Assembly: GCA_964479425.1 (NCBI GenBank)
Contig: CAYZMD010000002.1
Span: 1-44,482, forward strand
Direction of reading: 5' to 3'
Length of the DNA stretch: 44,482 nt
From: an uncultured Methanosarcinales archaeon
Lineage (GTDB): Archaea > Nanobdellota > Nanobdellia > Woesearchaeales > CAYSVS01
The notes below the pieces were generated by a model. That model had not been told where the DNA came from. It saw only the letters and a list, made by a program, of their open reading frames with translations, and searched no databases. Both the position numbers and the translations under genes were made by a program. Below are positions 42,201 through 44,482 of the stretch, one piece after another (position 1 is the first letter of the stretch; each line of letters starts with the position of its first letter).

Positions 42201-44482
42201 TAATTTTTTCTTCGATGTTTTCAACATCCTGTTTTGAATCAACAAATACACCAGCGTCTATTAATACTGTAATTTCTTCTTCGGTGAACCCTCTTTTTGT
42301 CAGAATATTTTTTATTTCTTCAATATTTTCTATGTCAGCATCGTAAGCATTCTGAAGGCCTATAGCTTGTAAAGTAGAAACATCTCGTCCAAGAACACTT
42401 TCTGCCCATGCCTTTCGTGATGGATGTCCATTAAATTCATCACTAACTACTTCTGTCTTGGCAATTACTTTATTGACTACTGGACTTGCTCCTGAATCAA
42501 TAATTGGTTTTAATGAAACTATTCCTAATCTTTTCAGACTTCGTTGAGCTGTATCTCGTACTATCAAAACATCATCTGTTAACATTTGTTTAAGATAATC
42601 AACAATATTCAATCCATCAAATTTGCCTAATTCTTCGGCTACTGCTATTCTTATCTTAACAGAATCATGATTTATATTTTTCAATACATTATTAAGAACT
42701 AAAGAACCATATTTAGAACTTGAGAATAAGGCGCTTAATACAACAGCATCGTCTATATCTGTTAAAAGTTTATTCATAAGATCTGGTCTAATTGTAAGTT
42801 TTCCTAAAGCTACAGTAGCTAAAATTCTAAGATTTTTATCATCACTATTTGCAGCATATTCATAAACAGGTTCATATTTACTAGGGGGGATGAAAGTCAT
42901 TACGGTCATAGCTACACGAGAAAATTCAATATTACTTCCATAAATTATATTTGGCAATAGGCTAAGAATATCATCAAGATTACCTAATTCATTTATATCC
43001 CAAAACTTCCTTCTTAATAATTCAAGAGCCCCTTTTACTACCTTAGGATTATCAGATTTTAAAGCTTCAATAAAATGATTTAAATTTGCTTTCTTCAAAT
43101 CAACCAGTAGAGTCAAAGCTGGTATCTGAGTCTCCTTATTTTGTAAGAATGGAATTATATCTTCTTCTATTTTATCGTACTTATTTGATTTAATTACATT
43201 AATTGCTACATCAGACAAATCAGTAGATAACAAAGGAAAAATCAATTCTCTAACCTGATCTGGTTCAATAGATAATTCTGTAAGTGTCTGTAAATTATTT
43301 TTTTGCTTTATTGCTTCTTTTATTAATTCAATATTAGAATCATAATTATTAATCAGTTTTCTCATTTTCTCAAGTGAATTCTTTTTTTGCAACTTATAGA
43401 ATTCGTCTTGAAGGGCTAGTAAAATTGCTCGTTTCTGAAACATTATTTGTTGCGATAATTCAACAGTGCCAAAACCCTCTTTATTTTGTTCTATTGACAA
43501 TGAAGATTCTTTATACCTTTTTTTTGAAGAAGGCTCCTCTTTTCCTACTCCCCATGTACCTGATGCAATTTCTCCTTCATTATCAATAATTAAATTTCCT
43601 TCACTATCTAATTTTACATATCTTGCTTTAGATGTGGGTTTCTCTTTAGTAAAGTCAATATCTAAAAGACTCATTTTTCCGGTATCTAACCCCTTAGCCT
43701 CGGTATCAATTCCAAAAATGGTAACATCAGTTCCATCCTCTGATTTTAGAGAAACTTCTTCAATGCTTGAAACATCTAATCTTGCCCATTTCGAATTATG
43801 TCCAAAAATAAAATTATTTGTTCCTGAAGAATCTACTAATCTTTGAATTTTTTTAGGACTCTTATGAACCTCGTTATCTATAGGAAAATGAGTGATAAAA
43901 ATACCATTAACCTTTGCTCCATAATCTAACGATTCTAAAAATTGATATAATTTAAAAATTTGAGAATCAGGATTTGTTAAATCTTTTGCGACTATTGTTG
44001 CTAATCTACTACCCAGTTCTTCATCTCCAGATCTTCTTCCTGATAATATATTAGATATATCATTTAATCTTTTATAATCTGAAGAACTTTTATCCTTTTT
44101 TTGATCTATTAAATTTTTCTCTTTTAACAAAATCGCATTAAAAACTGCTCTATATGATTCTAAATAGTCATCTGGTGTCAAATATTCTGGATTAAAATAA
44201 GAATCTTCTCTAACTTTTTCAAATTTGCTAAAATCAAAATTGTCTTCTTTATCCATAGCTGCCTTAATTGAACGAAGAGTTCTAAGTGCTTGAACATCGT
44301 GATTTCCAATCAAAAATAAAACTTTAACTCCTGCATTCTCAGCTCTTATTTTAAAGTCGTTTAAAAAATCCAATGCAGTCATTTTATTGCCATCTGCATC
44401 TAGTATGAATTCACCATTTCTTTTAACATCTGAAAAGAAACCAGGTCCGTCGTAATCTCCATTAAAGACTACTGTTGAAACT
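27250..44482 (-). CDS. Giant multi-domain protein, more than 5,743 aa, 5'-partial (frame open to the window edge)
   Basis: The frame is uninterrupted. The 33 codons upstream of the track's Met (…VSTVVFNGDYDGPGFFSDVKRNGEFILDADGNK-M…) contain no stop. See the domain features and findings. Confidence 0.9.
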   Translation of the reverse strand, partial: VSTVVFNGDYDGPGFFSDVKRNGEFILDADGNKMTALDFLNDFKIRAENAGVKVLFLIGNHDVQALRTLRSIKAAMDKEDNFDFSKFEKVREDSYFNPEYLTPDDYLESYRAVFNAILLKEKNLIDQKKDKSSSDYKRLNDISNILSGRRSGDEELGSRLATIVAKDLTNPDSQIFKLYQFLESLDYGAKVNGIFITHFPIDNEVHKSPKKIQRLVDSSGTNNFIFGHNSKWARLDVSSIEEVSLKSEDGTDVTIFGIDTEAKGLDTGKMSLLDIDFTKEKPTSKARYVKLDSEGNLIIDNEGEIASGTWGVGKEEPSSKKRYKESSLSIEQNKEGFGTVELSQQIMFQKRAILLALQDEFYKLQKKNSLEKMRKLINNYDSNIELIKEAIKQKNNLQTLTELSIEPDQVRELIFPLLSTDLSDVAINVIKSNKYDKIEEDIIPFLQNKETQIPALTLLVDLKKANLNHFIEALKSDNPKVVKGALELLRRKFWDINELGNLDDILSLLPNIIYGSNIEFSRVAMTVMTFIPPSKYEPVYEYAANSDDKNLRILATVALGKLTIRPDLMNKLLTDIDDAVVLSALFSSSKYGSLVLNNVLKNINHDSVKIRIAVAEELGKFDGLNIVDYLKQMLTDDVLIVRDTAQRSLKRLGIVSLKPIIDSGASPVVNKVIAKTEVVSDEFNGHPSRKAWAESVLGRDVSTLQAIGLQNAYDADIENIEEIKNILTKRGFTEEEITVLIDAGVFVDSKQDVENIEEKINELEKELRRIRGSTTSKIGFIGVGTLQNLYNGFQNWRNRDKIAALEKQIAEQEAIAKEVNNQLLENKKQQNIQDNDESYLQTEDNKKSQFEDQELKLILAFLNDNPQDIENVLYKVPSRDAKNILTDDDITKFKQKYPNGLPLEILQPYLEKVNEIASYNYQNNVLPGLNSKIKAEEPVKKALEDIVKEENEPNFYHGSGSGSLLNIIDNGLVPFGQQDSSTTYTGELVGGIAGVSQNYVSVVEARFIDRGTDYALRSDSLEGWSPESGKFELSYLLATKEKFARGERVGGGEWRYTQEDLELRINLLINRIEGWNELSDLEKELISNPFSILYGIRHEGETVKVASTIPGERGIESVDTDNLVLYVPRDKVELVQKLSQEKGKNIEVKSFDKMLESENEDVQESADRLIRSNSLERRLETSLDNVDSRIRAVNNLRETQTEESLVYYSKDDAKQAIEYLEQLQFNLEQEKEGYKIQDEASRLIQTESTDNIEKIINELEKELAEVKVSTTAKVGLFGVGTLQNLYNGFQNWRNREQISDLEKKIADQKAIIEEAETEAYAFDREIITDKQIEAYILERKIITDNQRKASESLLENIVGINSQDKEAQIIKLANEAGIDTSKSYENTINELFNKLSEPSYGVEKTKAIEALRILDNPSRVYATLLDLSLDPKNNNYVSDVLKRTYSELYFTGSEIEISSQSVGDTRRILLRDYFYNFEGNFKEVRAIYWQLARMSGDDINKIVSLKTIEERNQAIAEYKRTESKPSLEEQILEKVKEAGIEVDELNYETLIPQLVEVLKTKGRKSWRAKDALELIGKPAISLLIENIDSIDNSDLIDIFKKIGDPVAIDIIISMFPKVYEDNLRYPHDSLRALSEFGSVAEDRMIEFLKTGTDVQKQQALIVLKRMNSKKARPLFEQFLSDSYSPEIRKVAILAMEQDANVKEWNILISMYGQNQIDNKNIISALSSIPFQDDRVIEILQNVALNPEYKYNAVYAAAEYFEKFKDPLALKILVDAVKDPETRDSAARYLLNLGYRDFEMYKELLNDDSEDIRRIAIRGLGYFPESLDILIDQAKTLNPNVPSSSLKYSYLDIIIEQIIFLGGDNAAPLLEELLMKEKASRSFQDSVIKGIARVGNKKLINELISRFSQMSLGGDLYFTTYKFLESNRLLGDLIIGLSEDFENEKSQESLEGVIEHWAAIDPSINKRVVNSMIKNLKDPKLSNAAFKILIKMPNKAELLVDALSNPDYKEVKKKVLDLIYDNIVDLYSSSNANLLLQKLLEESIPVGFISEKNIVTALSLKAQSENVELNEEYAKKHNIPYSYFDDVNNFDRILREGNTVAVYHQIRDGMGDELIRVANLIQALKDKYPNLKIILYTNRPKLYSQSEKFETKELSLMEEDFKNNDYDMTVQFDSFYGGLNEMDKIVKEKKAPIKMNMAQVSFSVDLDIDGADIQFEDKTNVYSPGSKMLAYLGLPMRVGTQQPVTDNFIVAKEDAEANEYWDKNVVSKNNENRKVTLFNGFGGQRYNKGYTSLDQLSKDIGKLIDSGEFIAISPNDKIWGTEDIATQVYDMLTPEQRKHAHVLPGPSKGYTNQFVKNSDKVVTVEGGMMHFAYNLGKPMILVLKKEAGSQIWVPYFDENQHVINGIEEGYEITEPTDNIDERLKNIKNEQQLISEKDIASETITVESAPTVDAEVQTTFSFSYLGEEALNLQIARDALKTNENLKSKVHDETNELMNNFDSTSFLKEGKVKLTNNIEIVVGRLPTITQISKKGDNWIVTIDYIKLNSNLKENHESDMTDILELVIKHEIDEILIQEESSLNEYDTHVLSSSNTKRRFRALENINPSLSSDLSDLTKIVDIVQFKEKETRIALVNLEVLLREKGLRAESIEKIIESNNKLIDSALKNKEESRQYTALDGVLFVISRYQTLLSQNLVNVDYFDEISLEYFAFRKSDFSNAPDKATKSKISFDIAIDKGKPFVYEVKKYPRLAYGSTKANRNQALKYQKAIEDGLIDGASIELSGRIDANFMKWAVGESVGEFAQIKDIEIVYSMLLPSGSEYRFILKSSESNNGLDFNNDNKAYTKEDWEVVNGIHQAILDGSIIRIITSPNIENMPAEFIKDPFKILSAKSFIEYENFRNQALWKEFKEKKQIINKNNKLNSVSDFSESYLENMINSFQDYLNQNPEVAKVKKSYMLSQEQRVQVFDLMKERISKIRDYEISRQESPNFDVKSEQRRSLEYAGFDEGSVLDLDHIMMDAIQETNKKPGKKGRNYDNPERFKTLEQLTEYLNNPDLDRFSISVTEYDPETGKTKIKEFSNHVAYNKAEFQMIKQNEKRFSNYLQNLPNLISSLDPQSLLYKELISLQKGYQINKKKIESIRGDIKQLLAQKGITIRDAPIKSDDSNIKTKTQLSNEYNEKEKELLLKLVEIYDYQLNSGWEKNAKQIVEKKEQNIIKFIYIINADGEMVFDEEVLKGVITGRAAHSELSKGRNVYGAGEIVFEKRNGKWVLVEINNGSGHFRPPSETLPYAKNILEDNGVDVESVVLKNSLLRGVPESSLFGDIEPAEQETAKESSQSPLLDKIKIGITQSYIPNEKWDDLSTEQKARAVVAQMGIEYNSEWTSAIEEAHKLGEGDLGPRVNGLYLESTYSNKIITEKNNLMKEVEIPHDVRKALLDYGVVGNSIEYDSEKISSGLEGLGFKEDEEKNIIMDKLREIIAKGKEVTNNDIRAEFLEDFTAKYEGQANRVLGQLYGLVKSSKKVEKTVVKETIAEEVVIPEINRVNHLGVSVSTNLDSVIAAIEEKEGVTGLKNTLVQRRGEGHHLSIMPPTDSKIMKENPDFVKQALAEMGEINDLVVKGIGKVIKEDKKDSAKDKVSYYLVVDSQKVREFREKLRQETLKENPESTKFITYSDDLSDAQKAKALHLHLTLGFVNNDVFNQPKVVDEGLTSGIEIPETLDSLETYYTTPADNKVRKDVKLLLDAKDPLLQKIQDEDPSLTESTENIEKTINNLESKLAEVKVSTTAKVGMFGIGTLQNLYNGFQNWRNREKIEEIEAELDRMKEVNEYEEGKPKELIETPETEIIDEDTRYQLKAADEKSTFNDWKKNVYNFWIPRSIDIKRMFEQTKSVSTNKVPVFVSVGSGTGIVEYLLAKKGAEVICVDPDKEQIELAIDKYDLIPHKTIENVWVPNPKGKNAGLKFTFIKGNHVTFKDQIKQLGINTIEYPSTITKLEQKIDLLRKEFIAEMGQYEEERENLDEDTPQYEEKIESIREKMQGLIERVYKPMYDNIRELDIAKARFIKEDTAALQESTGKYVDALIGSWIPYRFDYLLDTHGSKLIYYATNEDGSTGVQANELNNRNPEVHMEKELEFTELEFLRKGIFFPSYSDKPMSKKIDSWETPSYNRIFRGDSQTNNIEVFARNDFVADSITRGDEYYSSSKIPKAENIFVFEDELYILDKELIEKKQFDVSDEKVKIEKRSVAKEVVGRVLGWFSPISFTYLKDADLKKVVAKIVLKKYKQQKDQAYDDTNKIGLTAADIVKGGKDVQGITIKDGDATEFAKSEEIDGKWIITVDKAKIEKNLKSKGYSQQQINEAIELILKHEIDEVLLEKENIPAYETHVLASSNTKRRLRESNLPNTLNNDLNALSIEGVTGDTIEYDSGKISSGLVALNLQAKDIMPKLGPMINSKKEVTLDDITNEFSKDFTAKYKDQADEVLVQLSELVEKSKKVKEVVVEAPIVEEVVVPEINKVNHLGVSVSTNLEGIIAAIEEKEGVTGLRETLESRRGTGSHITIMSPTESKIMKENPDLVTRALQEMGTVDDVSVKGIGKVIKKDKKDSSKDKVTYFLVIESPKIEAFRTKLGFKTAKQEGDEGQYLHLTLGFVNNDVFGKAKVVDTSLTEGIELPQTLEFSETYYTTPDNNKERKNVELLSDLKNPDEPSDTSIKDNIPATKDDQNLENIVKTLENELDELQLSTTPKVGLFGVGILQNWYNRFQNWRNRESIEKIEAELQRLNEEIDTTSIQRVWDSRDTLIDFITYFGYSESILSPSENKKEISSKIESINDIINRAESTITEQNTKFDFITKLYNAKKEIIDNFVMTLTANFERTGIISKEDANLIKKLLNHDPEFVKGTVGLEILLLITPELKGDFEEKVSEEYARRREELGTPVPTIVDGQYAEAYNIEDSIFDIFYYDIDGNLQIISDTRLNNGYLKGTIDDRLENILLQYLEDGVKKEKVVHTSDDLEGQKVQVFLEKETQDLETILADRGSIKNRNTGFSPEIASIGKGVEKYSDEEVFNLVDIIVSESDSYEFRDVNGNIKIMKKIVLKAPNNKEFELEIDALIPPSQIIFRKFAVRNSKTSVVNDVYYVVGMDKSIFYKQITNDGRVIWATNEINEYIKGRIIPHLKAMVNQGWTLYMHKGESQDVLKTLKDQGFDSVKKYSIPFENAFEFLIAENYETGEKRIIINTLKKGTQKEMQLQAALYQAGFNPNQIIRIKHISRIDKQIKSALNIIKPDILIIGDIGAIKKVLPATDFEIVEELKGKITAERFKIKTPEGYKTVLVTTQPFGEEAEEYAKGIIDYYQDTDKELQVLFTGDAGAISPISERMQKINDIAVAPETKSISGFDMMTPTQFVTVDGEVIEHENPISQYITPGLQTLENGFQFRIENDGKAIVANGANLEDIELLTNIIINHNPSIVDQESSFFVKVLDSAKRQGKKTPPFSFIMSAQDDVAYSGDPISTLGHFHPGKPMKINLIIDFLLGDDFEITPSFKNLIKSIFDTKDFKDNYEDVLGVEKRLINLREEKVLRSQELSQEGLSQSMIAEIIEGEFKSKERELEKSLDRFILIRDKLYNLYNSYDVNSVEEAFDQISGDIAELPLSPNGIKTRVLAMLEYPARMKGEVGKRISYYTNSGIKDLETIKNIVEQEVEFLAPKVKLINELRKLHGKRWPSKKNNEIDYFVIKSFSEGYTENEIKEMVNENFLN
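27980..28760 (-). other. Giant ORF domain: PNP/UDP-type nucleoside phosphorylase / nucleosidase-like
   Basis: DILIIGDIGAI, VLVTTQPFGEEAEEYAKGII...VLFTGDAGAISP...NDIAVAPE and VDQESSFFVKVL...PPFSFIMSAQDD are present. They follow the MTAN/PNP pattern (GiGkv.AA...G.AGgl...GDivv...EME.aA...pf..iR.iSD). Confidence 0.45.
30165..30345 (-). repeat. Giant ORF linker module L4
   Basis: ENIVKTLENELDELQLSTTPKVGLFGVGILQNWYNRFQNWRNRESIEKIEAELQRLNEE. Confidence 0.9.
30470..30980 (-). other. Giant ORF domain: 2H phosphoesterase-like, copy 2
   Basis: GSHITIM (30826-30849) and YLHLTLGF (30562-30590) are present. It is clearly paralogous to copy 1 along its whole length. Confidence 0.5.
32220..32830 (-). other. 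Giant ORF domain: class I SAM-dependent methyltransferase (with a coiled-coil insertion)
   Basis: Motif I and the post-I acidic residue read VFVSVGSGTGIVEYLLAKKGAEVICVDPDKEQIELA (32771-32799 encodes VSVGSGTGIV). Confidence 0.65.
33020..33215 (-). repeat. Giant ORF linker module L3
   Basis: ENIEKTINNLESKLAEVKVSTTAKVGMFGIGTLQNLYNGFQNWRNREKIEEIEAELDRMKE. It shares exact 25- and 26-nt runs with L2. Confidence 0.9.
33310..33880 (-). other. Giant ORF domain: 2H phosphoesterase-like, copy 1
   Basis: There are two H-h-[ST]-h motifs, GHHLSIM (near 33731-33751) and HLHLTLGF (near 33415-33440). Confidence 0.5.
34560..34800 (-). other. Giant ORF segment: conserved-looking beta-rich module ending in NNGSGHFRPP
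   Basis: GRAAHSELSKGRNVYGAGEIVFEKRNGKWVLVEINNGSGHFRPP is reminiscent of C-terminal modules of polymorphic toxins. I cannot name a family. Confidence 0.2.
36000..36400 (-). other. Giant ORF segment: possible PD-(D/E)xK nuclease-like motif
   Basis: The only evidence is ISFDIAIDKGKPFVYEVKKY (D-x11-E-V-K). Confidence 0.2.
37290..38215 (-). other. Giant ORF domain: GT-B glycosyltransferase, GT9 (heptosyltransferase)-like
   Basis: The N-lobe GMGDELIRVANLIQALKDKYPNLKIILYT resembles iGD..l..P...aLk..yP.a.I. The C-lobe VVTVEGGMMHFAYNLGKPMILV resembles DSGpMHlAaAlG.P.v.l. Confidence 0.5.
38350..39850 (-). other. Giant ORF domain: HEAT-like repeat array 2 (about 500 aa)
   Basis: SWRAKDALELIGKPA, DVQKQQALIVLKRM, SPEIRKVAILAM, DPETRDSAARYLLNLG and SEDIRRIAIRGLG are present, among others. 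Confidence 0.55.
40545..40745 (-). repeat. Giant ORF linker module L2
   Basis: DNIEKIINELEKELAEVKVSTTAKVGLFGVGTLQNLYNGFQNWRNREQISDLEKKIADQKAI. Confidence 0.9.
41050..41640 (-). other. Giant ORF domain: possible ADP-ribosyltransferase-like (PARP/Tpt1-like) fold
   Basis: FYHGSGSGSLLNIIDNGL resembles the [FLW]-[YWH]-HG-[ST]...IL..GL strand-helix of H-Y-E ARTs. SSTTY and HEGE motifs lie downstream. This rests on motifs only. Confidence 0.3.
42030..42230 (-). repeat. Giant ORF linker module L1
   Basis: ENIEEKINELEKELRRIRGSTTSKIGFIGVGTLQNLYNGFQNWRNRDKIAALEKQIAEQEAI. Confidence 0.9.
42520..43200 (-). other. Giant ORF domain: HEAT-like repeat array 1
   Basis: Helical repeats of about 30 aa recur: SDNPKVVKGALELL, SDDKNLRILATVALGKL, HDSVKIRIAVAEELGK, DDVLIVRDTAQRSLKRLG. 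Confidence 0.55.
43780..44482 (-). other. Giant ORF domain: calcineurin-like metallophosphoesterase
   Basis: FNGDYDGPG (GD motif), VLFLIGNHDV (GNHD/E), IFITHFPI and FIFGHNSKW (GH) occur in canonical order. Confidence 0.6.

Overview
Strongly AT-rich archaeal sequence; by eye only the RNA genes form G+C-rich islands. Gene content and order are archaeal: S13-S4-S11-RpoD-L18e-L13-S9-RpoN, Sec61beta, NAC, archaeal-type LeuRS, RNase P RNA and SRP RNA. Small overlapping genes and one giant ORF suggest a DPANN-type, small-genome archaeon; that lineage call is inference.

The left 20 kb is mostly housekeeping:
- an intein-containing gyrA, cut by the window edge
- a THUMP-type methylase-like gene
- RNase P RNA, secG/Sec61beta and nac
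- a 4-gene MinD operon
- tRNA-His followed by a decayed CYTH gene
- a tandem-MIT AAA ATPase coupled to an N/S-rich repeat protein
- an intact IS1182-family element with a 4-bp target duplication
- the ribosomal/RNAP operon, leuS, NAD kinase and SRP RNA

The right half is accessory-like:
- an MBL-fold hydrolase and a GNAT acetyltransferase
- a 772-aa polytopic membrane protein bracketed by a perfect 181-bp direct repeat that copies the 3' end of a presenilin/SPP-type protease gene
- a TIKI/TraB-like protein
- a single minus-strand ORF of more than 5,743 codons (17.2 kb, about 39% of the window) that is still open at the right edge

The giant ORF is the main finding. It reads as a chain of enzyme-like cassettes: metallophosphoesterase, ART-like, GT9-like, two 2H phosphoesterases, a SAM methyltransferase and a PNP-type nucleosidase-like domain. 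These are set between HEAT arrays and punctuated by four copies of a roughly 60-aa linker module that I do not recognise. I read it as a candidate multi-effector or polyprotein host-interaction factor. All domain calls come from motif reading only and need profile or structure searches.
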